From: Candidatus Eremiobacteria bacterium
Lineage (GTDB): Bacteria > Vulcanimicrobiota > Vulcanimicrobiia > Vulcanimicrobiales > Vulcanimicrobiaceae
Assembly (NCBI GenBank): GCA_963758295.1
Contig: CAVWUU010000002.1
Location: 128,001 to 192,000 of the forward strand
Direction: 5' to 3'
DNA: 64,000 nucleotides
The notes under the pieces are model-generated. The model was not told where the DNA came from, did not search any database, and saw only the letters and a program-made list of their open reading frames with translations. This document shows, in pieces, positions 43,623-53,044 of the stretch (position 1 is its first letter; each line of letters begins with the position of its first letter). The position numbers and the translations under genes are program-made.

Positions 43623-45128
43623 ATGAACTCCGCCCCTGCAGACTTCACTTTGAACCGCGATTTGCCGGCGGGGTTCGCCGAGTTCTACCTTCCGCTACAC
43701 GAACGTTTCACTCCATCTCAGCAACGCCTGGCACGCGCGCGAGTCGACCGGCTCGCGCGCGCCCATGCGGGAGAGTTGCCCAATTATCTTCCGCCGTCGG
43801 ACGCGACGACGACGGAGTGGCGCATCGATCTACCCGAGTGGACGCGCGACCAGCGCAATCAAATGACCGGTCCCGCCGATGATGCGGAACTCGTCGTGAA
43901 GATGCTGAATTCGGGCGCCCCCGGCGTCATGCTCGACCTCGAAGATTCCATGGCCAACGAGTGGCAGCACTCGATGACCGGGCAGGACAATATCATCCGC
44001 GCGCTTTACGGCGAACTCACGTACGATGACAAGAAGCGCGGCGGCACCGTGGGCATTAAGCCAAGCAACACGGCCATATGGAACCGCGTCCGGGGACTGC
44101 ATCTTTCACAAGCCGGCGTCGTAAGTGAAGGGCTTACCAGCGCATCGCTTTTCGACCTCGCGTTGCTGGTTTTCCGCCTCAACTACGACCGGTTGAAACA
44201 TCCGCTCGGCATTTACATTCCGAAGTCCGAGTCCGCCGAAGAAGCGCTTTGGTGGAACGAACTCTTCGATACGGTCATCGCGGCCAAAGGCTGGAAGCGG
44301 GGCTCCATCAAAGCCATGGCCCTCGTGGAATCCCATCCGCTCGCGTATGAAATGGAAGAGTTCCTTTTCAACCTCCGCGAGTACATCGTTGGCCTCAATC
44401 TCGGGCGCTGGGATTACATGGCGAGCCTCATCCACTACAACTTGAGCGACGAGAACTGGCTGCTTCCCGATCGGAATACCATTCCGCTCGACGTGCCGTT
44501 CTTTCAAAACCTTCGCACCCTGCTGCCGGAGATCGCGCATAAACACGGCGCGCTTGCCATTGGCGGAATGACGGCGCTCTATCCAAGCCGCGAAGATCCG
44601 GAGCTGAATGCGCGCGCGCTTGCCGTTCTGGAACGGGACAAGAAGAACGAAGCGACGTGCCTGATGGACGGAGCGTGGACCGGACATCCCGACCAGAACG
44701 AGATCGCCGTAGCGCAATTTCCCGCGCCGAACCAGCTCGACCGCCGTCCGGGATTGGGTACCACGCACCCCAATCTTCGTCCGTCGCCGAAAGGCGTGGG
44801 AACGACGTCGATGGAGGGCACGCGCGCCGCAGTTCGCACGGTCATCCGCTATCGCAACGGCGTGCTCGAGGGCAAAGGCGCGAGTCTGCTCGACGGCTAC
44901 ATGGAAGATCTTGCAACGGATCGCATCTACCGCCTCATGATCGCGCAGCGTTTGCGCTATCCCGGCGACTATACGCCGTCGTCGCTCTCGGAAATCTTCG
45001 ACGAAGAGCTCGAGCGAATCGTCAACGAGCTGCCTCCCGGAACGGATCCGGCGGCGGCCGACCGGTACCGCCGAGCCCGCGATCTCTCCGAGGACATGAT
45101 CCTCACGGGTGCCTTCGACCCGAAGTAA
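43623..45128 (+). CDS. aceB: Malate synthase (short, divergent MSA-like)
   Basis: TGP, DLEDS, RVRGLHL, YIPK, GLNLGRWDY, AIGGM, DGAWTGHP, MEDLAT; directly after aceA. Confidence 0.9.
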   Translation: MNSAPADFTLNRDLPAGFAEFYLPLHERFTPSQQRLARARVDRLARAHAGELPNYLPPSDATTTEWRIDLPEWTRDQRNQMTGPADDAELVVKMLNSGAPGVMLDLEDSMANEWQHSMTGQDNIIRALYGELTYDDKKRGGTVGIKPSNTAIWNRVRGLHLSQAGVVSEGLTSASLFDLALLVFRLNYDRLKHPLGIYIPKSESAEEALWWNELFDTVIAAKGWKRGSIKAMALVESHPLAYEMEEFLFNLREYIVGLNLGRWDYMASLIHYNLSDENWLLPDRNTIPLDVPFFQNLRTLLPEIAHKHGALAIGGMTALYPSREDPELNARALAVLERDKKNEATCLMDGAWTGHPDQNEIAVAQFPAPNQLDRRPGLGTTHPNLRPSPKGVGTTSMEGTRAAVRTVIRYRNGVLEGKGASLLDGYMEDLATDRIYRLMIAQRLRYPGDYTPSSLSEIFDEELERIVNELPPGTDPAAADRYRRARDLSEDMILTGAFDPK

Positions 45129-45137
45129 ACACACGGG

Positions 45138-45191
45138 CCGCTTATCCGCGGCCCGGTCCCGCTCGTCCCCGCACCGTTGACGGTTGCATCC
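45138..45191 (+). promoter_or_regulatory. Direct repeats with 21-22 bp period, candidate LytTR boxes
   Basis: CCGCTTATCC (45138), CCGCTCGTCC (45159), degenerate CGGTTGCATCC (45181). Confidence 0.5.
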
Positions 45192-45214
45192 TTTCCGCGT
45201 TATGACGAGAGCAG

Positions 45215-46300
45215 ATGAAGCATCTCTCGCGGTCGCAACGCAATTGGTTTGTCGCTCTCTTCTCCGGCTATTCCGCGGTCGGCATTTTGCTGTTTATTTC
45301 CGGCTACTTCGACGACCGGTCACGTGGAATATGGGGGACCGCTCCGCGCCGCGCCACGGAAGAGATGGCCGGCGCGTATACGGCACTCGCGTTTCTTCCT
45401 TTCGTCATCTGGTTCGCGCGCCGGTATCGCATTCGCTTAAGCAATTGGCGGAAGACCGTTCCGCTGACCGTGTTTGCCGGGATTGTTTACTCCATTGCCC
45501 ATACGACGCTGAACGCGCTCGTTCGCGACTTCGTCTCGATCGTTACGTTTCAGGGCGTTTATGACTACGGCTCGATGATCTATCGCTACCCAATGGAAGC
45601 CGCGAAGGACGTCATCTACTTCTTCATCTTCATAGGCTGCGTGACGTTCATCGATACGCTATCGCAGAAGCGCAAGGCCGAGCTGGACACCGCCGAACTG
45701 CAAACGAAGCTGGCAGAGGCGAAACTACAAAACCTGCGTCTGCAACTGCACCCGCACTTTTTGTTCAATACGCTCAATGCCATTTCGTCCGTCATGTACG
45801 AAGACGTGCAAAAGGCAGATGAAATGCTTTCGAAACTGAGCGATTTCTTACGCGTTGTGCTAGCGTCGAGCGGCGTGCATGAGGTTCCCCTTGAAGAAGA
45901 ACTTTCCGTCGAGCGCATGTACGTGGATATCATGACGACGCGGCTCGAGCGACGGCTTTCGCTCAACATCCACGTCGCTGAAGAAGCCCGGGCGGCAACG
46001 GTTCCATTCATGTTGCTCCAGCCGCTTCTAGAAAACAGCATCCGGCACGGAATGGGCGCCGAACGCGACGCCATCGATCTCGGCGTCGACGTGCGGCGCG
46101 AGAACGGCTCGACTCTTATCTGCGTCAGCGACGACGGAGTCGGCTTCGATCCGAAAGCCGGCGCGGGCATCGGCCTGAGCAACGTCGCATCCCGCCTCGA
46201 GCATATGTACGGCCCAAGCGCTTCGTTCAAGATCGAATCACGCGCCGAAGGCGGGACGCTTGCAACGGTACGTCTTCCGTTTATGAAGGGTGAAGCATGA
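45215..46300 (+). CDS. LytS/YehU-type membrane histidine kinase
   Basis: About 4 TM, QLHPHFLFNTLN, LQPLLENSIRHG, DDGVG, GIGLSN. Confidence 0.95.
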   Translation: MKHLSRSQRNWFVALFSGYSAVGILLFISGYFDDRSRGIWGTAPRRATEEMAGAYTALAFLPFVIWFARRYRIRLSNWRKTVPLTVFAGIVYSIAHTTLNALVRDFVSIVTFQGVYDYGSMIYRYPMEAAKDVIYFFIFIGCVTFIDTLSQKRKAELDTAELQTKLAEAKLQNLRLQLHPHFLFNTLNAISSVMYEDVQKADEMLSKLSDFLRVVLASSGVHEVPLEEELSVERMYVDIMTTRLERRLSLNIHVAEEARAATVPFMLLQPLLENSIRHGMGAERDAIDLGVDVRRENGSTLICVSDDGVGFDPKAGAGIGLSNVASRLEHMYGPSASFKIESRAEGGTLATVRLPFMKGEA

Positions 46301-47049
46301 GTTTAGCGGTGATGATCGCCGACGATGAAGCGCCGGCCCGGCGCAAACTCGCGCGATTTCTCAACGAGCACGAGGACGTGCAAATCGTCGCCGAGGCTTC
46401 CAACGGCATCGATGCGCTCGATTTGATCTCCATGACGAAGCCGCAACTGGTTTTCCTCGACATCAACATGCCGGATCTGGACGGCCTCGGCGTCGCTGAA
46501 ACGCTAGTGCGATCCGAAAAACCGCCCTCGATCGTCTTTGTAACGGCGTTCGATCAATATGCGGTCCAAGCGTTTGAAGTGAGCGCGCTCGATTATCTGC
46601 TAAAGCCGTACGATCGCGACCGTTTCGAACAGGCGCTGCAGCGCGCTCGACGGTCCATCCCGTTCGCTCCCGACTCCGGCAAGCTCGCCGACACGCTCGC
46701 GCAAATTCGCAACGAAGAACGGTTCGTCAGGCGTTTGCTCGTGCCGAATGACGGCCGCTCGTTCTTCTTGGCGACGCGCGAGATAACGCGGTTCGAGTCC
46801 GAAGGGAACAACGTTTCCGTAAACTCGCCGCGCGGTACGTTTTCTTTGCGCGCGACGCTCGATTCACTTGAAGCGCGGCTCGATCCGCAGATCTTCGCCC
46901 GCGTTCACCGCTCGCATCTCGTAAACATCGACGAGATCGCGGAAATTCATCCATGGTTTCACGGCGACTACAAAATCCTCATGCGGGATGGCACAGAGAT
47001 TGGCTGGAGCCGCCGGTACGCATCAAAACGCCCCGATCTACTGAAATAG
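46297..47049 (+). CDS. LytTR-family response regulator
   Basis: REC domain (DDE, FLDINMP, YLLKP) plus FARVHRSHLVN LytTR domain. Confidence 0.96.
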   Translation: MSLAVMIADDEAPARRKLARFLNEHEDVQIVAEASNGIDALDLISMTKPQLVFLDINMPDLDGLGVAETLVRSEKPPSIVFVTAFDQYAVQAFEVSALDYLLKPYDRDRFEQALQRARRSIPFAPDSGKLADTLAQIRNEERFVRRLLVPNDGRSFFLATREITRFESEGNNVSVNSPRGTFSLRATLDSLEARLDPQIFARVHRSHLVNIDEIAEIHPWFHGDYKILMRDGTEIGWSRRYASKRPDLLK

Positions 47050-47053
47050 GACT

Positions 47054-48553
47054 ATGAAAAAAATTCCGCTGTTTGCCGCGCTGGCCGTCTTTTTCATTCA
47101 CCTCATCGGCAATCCAGGCTACGGCTTTTTCCGCGATGAGCTGTACTTCATCATCTGTGGATTTACGCCGCAGTTCGGCTACGTCGATCAACCGCCGGTC
47201 GTGCCGCTGCTATCCGCGGTAACGCAGCTCTTCGGCCACTCGCTGCTATTGCTCCGCGCCGTGCCGGCCGCGTTTGCCGGAGGCGGCGTGTACGTCACGT
47301 GCCTGCTCGTCGCTGAGTTCGGCGGCGGTGCGTTCGCGCAAGTTTTTGCCGCGCTGATCTTTTTCTTCACGGGCGTACTCATGAGTTTCGGCATGAAAGT
47401 CGGCCCGGACGAAGTGGGACTGCTCACATGGCCTTGGATGGCGCTGCTCGTAATCCGCATTATCAAGAGCGGCAATTCCAGATTGTGGCTTGGTGTCGGG
47501 ATTCTCGCCGGCATTTCGCTCGAGAGCAAATACAGCGTGTTATTTTTTCTCGCAGCCATGCTCGCAGGGTTGCTGCTCGTGCCCCAGCGGCGCGCGCTGA
47601 TGGATAAATGGTTCGGCGCCGGATGCGGCATCGCCGTGCTTATCGCGCTCCCGAATTTCTTATGGCAAGCACATTACGGCTTTCCCATGCTCGAGCTGTT
47701 GCGCGCGGGGCAAAACGGCAAAAACGTGATCGTCGGACCGCTCGAATATATGGCGCAAGAAGTGCTTATTACGGGATTGTTTCTCGCCGTCGTCTGGATC
47801 GTTGGTCTTCTCTGGCTTTTGCGGAAAGCCGATTTCCGGTATCTCGGCTACGCCTACGTGCTCCTGATCGGCGAGATGATGCTCTTTCACGGCAAGCATT
47901 ACTATCCGGCCGACGTATATCCGATCCTCATTGCCGCGGGCGCCGTTCCCATCGAAGCATGGACGAAAATGCGGCTCGCTCTGCGTACCGCCGTCACGGC
48001 CGTCGCCGCGATCGTGGGCCTAGCGTTTTTGCCGGTGTCCATGCCGGTGCTCTCCGAAGTGCAATTCGTTTCGTATTACGACGCCCTTAGCAGCGCGTTG
48101 CACATTCCGAAGAATGCTGCCGAGACCGAACACGGCCGCGAAGGCAGCGCGCTTCCCGGTGACTGGGCCGACATGCACGGATGGCCCGAGATGGCGGCCG
48201 CAACGAAGCGCGTCTTCAACTCACTCCCACCGGAAGAGCGCCGCAATGCGGTCGTTTTTGCGGGCAACTACGGAGAAGCGAGCGCCGTTCGATTCTTTGC
48301 GCCGGGCATTCCGGTCATCAGTTCCCATAATCAATACTGGCTTTGGGGTGCCCACGGCTATTCGGGATCGGTCGTCGTGCAGATCAACGGTTCGTGCTTC
48401 CACAGTGACAAGCTTTTTGCAAGCCGCACGCGCGCCACGACGCTCGTGAACCGCTGGGCGATCGGATATGAAACCAACATTCCGATTTGGATCTGCCGCG
48501 GAATAAAAAGATCGCTGGCCGATGAATGGCCGGCGATCAAAAACTACGAGTGA
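47054..48553 (+). CDS. GT-C membrane glycosyltransferase (PMT_2/ArnT-like)
   Basis: FRDELYF..GYVDQPP, SKYS, PNFLWQ, multiple TM segments. Confidence 0.85.
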   Translation: MKKIPLFAALAVFFIHLIGNPGYGFFRDELYFIICGFTPQFGYVDQPPVVPLLSAVTQLFGHSLLLLRAVPAAFAGGGVYVTCLLVAEFGGGAFAQVFAALIFFFTGVLMSFGMKVGPDEVGLLTWPWMALLVIRIIKSGNSRLWLGVGILAGISLESKYSVLFFLAAMLAGLLLVPQRRALMDKWFGAGCGIAVLIALPNFLWQAHYGFPMLELLRAGQNGKNVIVGPLEYMAQEVLITGLFLAVVWIVGLLWLLRKADFRYLGYAYVLLIGEMMLFHGKHYYPADVYPILIAAGAVPIEAWTKMRLALRTAVTAVAAIVGLAFLPVSMPVLSEVQFVSYYDALSSALHIPKNAAETEHGREGSALPGDWADMHGWPEMAAATKRVFNSLPPEERRNAVVFAGNYGEASAVRFFAPGIPVISSHNQYWLWGAHGYSGSVVVQINGSCFHSDKLFASRTRATTLVNRWAIGYETNIPIWICRGIKRSLADEWPAIKNYE

Positions 48554-48565
48554 ACCGGCAAAGCG

Positions 48566-49435
48566 TTATTTGGCCTTCATCTGTGACACGGGAATGAAGC
48601 CGAGGGCGCTCAGCGCGCTGTTGTCGGTCTTCACGAAGGTGATAAAGTCGTTGACCGATTTCGACGGCGAACCGTTCGTGAACATGTGTTCGTACGACCA
48701 GAACTTGTATTTGCCGTCCTTCACGTTGCCGGCCGTCGGATCGACGCCGTCAATCGAGACCGCGACAACGTTTCCACCCTTGACGTAGCTGTTCGCAAGA
48801 TAGGAGATCGCCCCGGGCGTTTGGCCGATGATCGAAGCGACCGTGCCGGACGAATCTTGCGTGCCGCCGCCTTCGGTTGGTTGTTCACCGCTCATGAGTT
48901 TCTCGACGAAGATAGCACGAGTGCCCGAGCTGCGCGGACGGTTGATGATTGTGATAGCCTGATCTGCACCGCCTACCTGATTGAAATTCGTCACTTTGCC
49001 GCTAAAGATGTCGTGGATTTGCGAAGATGTGAGCTTCTTCACTTTCGCAGCCGGGTTGGTCACGACGTCAAATTGCACGACAGCGACTTGATGGTCTTGC
49101 AAGGTCGGTTGGTCGGGTGCGAGGATGTCGGAGTCGCCGATATCGACGCCCTTTTGCGCAGCCTGTGTGATGCCAACGCGCGATCCGCCGCCCGAAACGC
49201 TGATCTTGACATCGGAGTTTTTTGCCTGATAGTCGGCGGCGGCTTGTTTGACGAGCGGCAACAACGCCGTCGAGCCTGCTGCGGTAATCGAGCCTGCACT
49301 GCCGCCTGCGGTCGCCGCACTCTCCGCCGTCGTCGATGAAGACGACGACGAGCTATTGTTGGAGCCGTTGCTGCATGCAGCGAGCGATACGCCTAGACCG
49401 GCGCAGACCAACAATGCCGCTAATTGCTGTTTCAT
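48566..49435 (-). CDS. pstS: Phosphate-binding lipoprotein
   Basis: Lipobox LAAC, GSTAL, GGGS, IGDSD, RPRSSGTR. Confidence 0.92.
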   Translation of the reverse strand: MKQQLAALLVCAGLGVSLAACSNGSNNSSSSSSSTTAESAATAGGSAGSITAAGSTALLPLVKQAAADYQAKNSDVKISVSGGGSRVGITQAAQKGVDIGDSDILAPDQPTLQDHQVAVVQFDVVTNPAAKVKKLTSSQIHDIFSGKVTNFNQVGGADQAITIINRPRSSGTRAIFVEKLMSGEQPTEGGGTQDSSGTVASIIGQTPGAISYLANSYVKGGNVVAVSIDGVDPTAGNVKDGKYKFWSYEHMFTNGSPSKSVNDFITFVKTDNSALSALGFIPVSQMKAK

Positions 49436-49486
49436 TTAATCTCCTAGTCAGCGTAAATCAAGCAAGCTTTTTATACCAGCTCAGCA

Positions 49487-50380
49487 TTATGACAACGTTA
49501 AGCCGAGTGCTTCCAGCAGGCGGCGATAGACCACGTCCGTGCGCGCCTGGGCATTATCGGGATCGATCACATCGTGATTCGCCGGCAGATTTCGCTGTTC
49601 GACGTACCCGATTCCGTCTTGCCGGTGTGCGCGCCAAGCGTCGACGACGCTTAACGTCACTTCGTTGTTCACTGCGGGATCGGCACGATTCACAACCGTC
49701 GTTATCCTCGCAGCGAGCGGCGCTTCGCTCTTCGATGCCTTCCAAACGGCGTCGCCGATGCGCAAGGTTTGCATGAGTGCGTGCGTTGCAAATCGCGGGT
49801 ACGCGGTTTTCGGCCGCTGCGCCTCACGGATGCGCGGGTCCCACCACAAGAAAAAATTAGGCATGATCGAGATGATGCGCCCCAGCGTCTGCGTCAAACC
49901 GTAGGAAAGCTGCAGGAGCGCGAAATCCGGTGCAACCGGAACCGCGCTTGCGACGTCGGCGCGAAATTGCCCGAAATACGCGGCAAGCAAACCGCCCGCG
50001 GAAATGCCCAACACGGCAACGCGATCGCCCAAGCCGCACGCGACGTCGAGCGCTTCGTTTGTCGTCGCTAGGAGTTCTTCGGCCGTCAGCGAGGCGATCG
50101 CGTTGGTCATGCGATCGGCGTACCCGTGCTTCGGCATGCGCGGGACGAAGACGTTTGCGCCGGCTTGCAAAACTTGCGGTGCAAACTTTACGTACTGGCC
50201 CGGATGATTGGTCAAACCGTGAAGAAGCACCACGGCCCACGGGCGGCGTTCGCCGTGATCGAGCAACGTGGTGCGGGCGTTCGTGCCGATGGACGCATCG
50301 TCTAGATCCATCATCGCTCGGGCGCGTGTCAACGCGGCGGCGTATGAATCGGCCGGATGGCTAGGGGGCCGTTCTAGCAT
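49487..50380 (-). CDS. Alpha/beta hydrolase (carboxylesterase-like)
   Basis: LLHGLTN, PRMPKHG, GISAGG, DPAV, HDVID; start placed at ATG 50380. Confidence 0.85.
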   Translation of the reverse strand: MLERPPSHPADSYAAALTRARAMMDLDDASIGTNARTTLLDHGERRPWAVVLLHGLTNHPGQYVKFAPQVLQAGANVFVPRMPKHGYADRMTNAIASLTAEELLATTNEALDVACGLGDRVAVLGISAGGLLAAYFGQFRADVASAVPVAPDFALLQLSYGLTQTLGRIISIMPNFFLWWDPRIREAQRPKTAYPRFATHALMQTLRIGDAVWKASKSEAPLAARITTVVNRADPAVNNEVTLSVVDAWRAHRQDGIGYVEQRNLPANHDVIDPDNAQARTDVVYRRLLEALGLTLS

Positions 50381-50409
50381 GCAGCGGCCATTCGACGGCC
50401 CCCGGGCGA

Positions 50410-50724
50410 TTACTCGCGATGCATCGATTCGATAAAGTAGGGAAACGAAGCGACCGCTGCTGCAATGACGATAACGATCGCTTCGGCGGCAAGCGCCGCA
50501 TGTTCGCTGCGCTCGCGCTGGAGCTCCCGTACTTCCGCCGCCTCGAACCGCTCGTAATAGATGCTTCGTAACGCAGTCGCGGGATTCGAAGGCGCCGCCG
50601 GCACGGTAAGCGATGGTTCGCGCGGCAATGCTGCGGCATACAGCCACAGGGTGATAACGACCGATGCAACGAGCAGGCCGGCCACGATGACCGGCAGACG
50701 CCAGGGTGTCGGTTGTGCTCTCAT
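50410..50724 (-). CDS. Small two-TM membrane protein
   Basis: 104 aa from ATG 50724 with two hydrophobic segments. Confidence 0.5.
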   Translation of the reverse strand: MRAQPTPWRLPVIVAGLLVASVVITLWLYAAALPREPSLTVPAAPSNPATALRSIYYERFEAAEVRELQRERSEHAALAAEAIVIVIAAAVASFPYFIESMHRE

Positions 50725-50857
50725 TTTACGGCCGACGCCCTGGCGGGATCCGCAAGCGCAATGTGCGCGAGCGTCGCAGCCGGATTGCGATGGGTGAAGA
50801 ACAATTAAAATCCTGCGGCAAAGATGCGATGAAGGCGGCGCGAAAATGCGCGGAGTT

Positions 50858-51350
50858 CTAAACCGCAGGCAGCGGCGGCGCTCTCCCTTGTAGCCGTTCG
50901 ATGAGCGGGTCCAGAAATTGCGCCATGGTGACCGGCTCGTGATGTACATGGATAGCCGGAGCAAGATCGCGGCGCAAGACCAGAACGGCGAGTATGTAGC
51001 GCACCGCGTCGGCGAGGCGCTTTGCCAAGTGGTGCAAGCCGCGTGAAAGCAGCGCCGAAACGGCGATACATCCCATTCCGTGCAGGCATAGACTGAGCAA
51101 CGCCGGGCCACCCAGCCAAATGGTGCCGCCGTCTATATCCCTGCACAATGAACTGCTCCAGCGTTTCCATCGAATACAACGCGCAAAGCTGGAGAGCAAA
51201 AACCAGCGGCAACAGTCGCCGCACGGAAAGCGCGTCCAGATGCACGGCGGACGCGCGCAGGAAACGTGAGAGTTTTCCCTCGCCCTGCAAGGCTTTAACG
51301 ACTGCAAGCGCCGCCACGAATCCGAGAGCGAGCGGTCGAGGAAAATTCCA
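50858..51350 (-). pseudogene. Frameshifted, probably 5'-truncated membrane protein ending in a RAPP motif
   Basis: Frame A ...LLPLVFALQLCALYSMETLEQFIVQG switches near 51138 to frame B IDGGTIWLGGPALLSL...QGRAPPLPAV*. Confidence 0.6.
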
Positions 51351-51427
51351 TTACTAGCGTGGTTCCCCGGAAGGCGAACGCGTTCCGCCGCAGGGAGGCA
51401 CCCGAAGCGCCCTAAAGGCGTGCATCC

Positions 51428-52030
51428 ATGCAGAAAAAGCCGCAGGCGCCCGATCCCGATCGCTTGGTTCGCTGCTCCTGGGCACGCAACGAGCTCAATA
51501 TTCCGTACCACGATGCGGAGTGGGGAGTTCCGGTTCACGACGACCGTACGTATTTCGAATTCGTCACGCTCGAAGGAGCGCAAGCGGGCTTGAGCTGGGA
51601 CACCATCCTGCGCAAGCGCGACCGGTATCGCGAACTCTTTTTCGAGTTCGATCCCGCACGTGTGGCTCGGATGACGGCCGCCGCCGTAGAACGCGCGCTC
51701 AAGGATCCCGGCATCGTTCGCAATCGAGCCAAAGTGGAGTCGACGGTTTCCAACGCGCGATCCTTTTTGGAGATTCAAAAAGAATTCGGTTCTTTCGATC
51801 GTTACGTGTGGCGCTTCGTCGGCGGAAAACCGCTGGTTCATGCGCGCAAGACGCTCGAGGACGTTCCGGCCGATTCAACCGAAGCCAAGGCGCTGAGTAA
51901 CGATTTGCGCGCCCGCGGATTCCGCTTCGTCGGTCCCACAATCATGTATGCGTTCATGCAAGCGACGGGCTTGGTGAACGACCACCTCACGTCGTGTTTC
52001 CGCTACAAGCAGCTGCTTAAAACGAAATAG
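51428..52030 (+). CDS. tag: DNA-3-methyladenine glycosylase I
   Basis: RCSW, YHDAEWG, LEGAQAGLSW, FVGPTI, NDHLTSC. Confidence 0.97.
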   Translation: MQKKPQAPDPDRLVRCSWARNELNIPYHDAEWGVPVHDDRTYFEFVTLEGAQAGLSWDTILRKRDRYRELFFEFDPARVARMTAAAVERALKDPGIVRNRAKVESTVSNARSFLEIQKEFGSFDRYVWRFVGGKPLVHARKTLEDVPADSTEAKALSNDLRARGFRFVGPTIMYAFMQATGLVNDHLTSCFRYKQLLKTK

Positions 52031-52035
52031 ACCGA

Positions 52036-52890
52036 TCAGCCTTCGATAATATCGAGAAGCTGCGGATAGACGCGATCGGCGACGTGCGGGTAGCGTAGCG
52101 GCTCGATGATGTCGTGCAGAAACGGCACTTCGCGGAGCACCACTTCTTCCACGCGCTGCGGCGATGCTTCGCGCAATGAGGAGGCGAGGCGCCGTACCGC
52201 GCCGTTGTTCACGGCCGATTCACGCGCGTTGGTCACAAAAACGAGTTTTTCGGCCGCAATGGGACTCGGCGAGGCATCGATGACTTCGCGAGCGAGCCGG
52301 TATGCGTGCGCAACCGCATGGGTTGCGTAACGCGGATAGCCGTGTTCGGGCATTTGACGTTCGCGCGCGATCGGATTCCACCAGTGGAACATATTCGGAA
52401 TGCGCAACATCACATCGGTGAGCGGAACCATAAAGCGGTTCGGCATCCACGAAACTCCGAAAAACGGCGCAATCGCTACGGCCCGATGCAGCGGCTCGCG
52501 CTGGGCGAGCCACGTGGTAATGAGTCCCCCAAGCGAAAAGCCTGCGACGACCACTTCGTCGCCAAGGTCGCGCGCCACGTCGATCGTTTGCAACGCCGAG
52601 TGACGCAGATCGTCGGCCGTAAGGTGGGCAAGCGCTTCGGAAAGCCGGTCGCGGTGGCCGTGACGCGGAAGGCGCGGCACGATGACGTTGTGGCCGCGGT
52701 CATGCAGATCGTGCGCGAACCGCACGAATTGCGTGGGACTCGCCGTCAGGCCGTGGAGAAGTACGATCGCCTTCGGCCGGCGCTCCCGATGCAGCAGAAG
52801 CTTCGTGCGCCCCGCCTCGGAGATGCGTTCATGGTCCCGCTCGAGCAGGCGCTCGAGCGCTGCGTAGGTGTCCGGCGTAAGGTCTGGCAT
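52036..52890 (-). CDS. Alpha/beta hydrolase (paralog of 49487-50380)
   Basis: LLHGLTA, PRLPRHG, GFSLGG, ESAV, HDIIE. Confidence 0.88.
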   Translation of the reverse strand: MPDLTPDTYAALERLLERDHERISEAGRTKLLLHRERRPKAIVLLHGLTASPTQFVRFAHDLHDRGHNVIVPRLPRHGHRDRLSEALAHLTADDLRHSALQTIDVARDLGDEVVVAGFSLGGLITTWLAQREPLHRAVAIAPFFGVSWMPNRFMVPLTDVMLRIPNMFHWWNPIARERQMPEHGYPRYATHAVAHAYRLAREVIDASPSPIAAEKLVFVTNARESAVNNGAVRRLASSLREASPQRVEEVVLREVPFLHDIIEPLRYPHVADRVYPQLLDIIEG

Positions 52891-53044
52891 GGATCCTGGC
52901 GGAAGGTGGCTCCCCGGAACGTCCGTAAGTCAGGTAAGCAAGTGTTCCTTGAACATGGGCGTCCGCGCCCCCATGTTCCTGTACCCTTACCGCCACTCAA
53001 GGTCTTGGGTTCGCAGTAAACACACTCGGCGCGCTTAAGGAATC

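Noticed and set aside
52931..52975. 14-codon uORF and hairpin upstream of the 52890 hydrolase
   Set aside because: Too short, with no supporting feature
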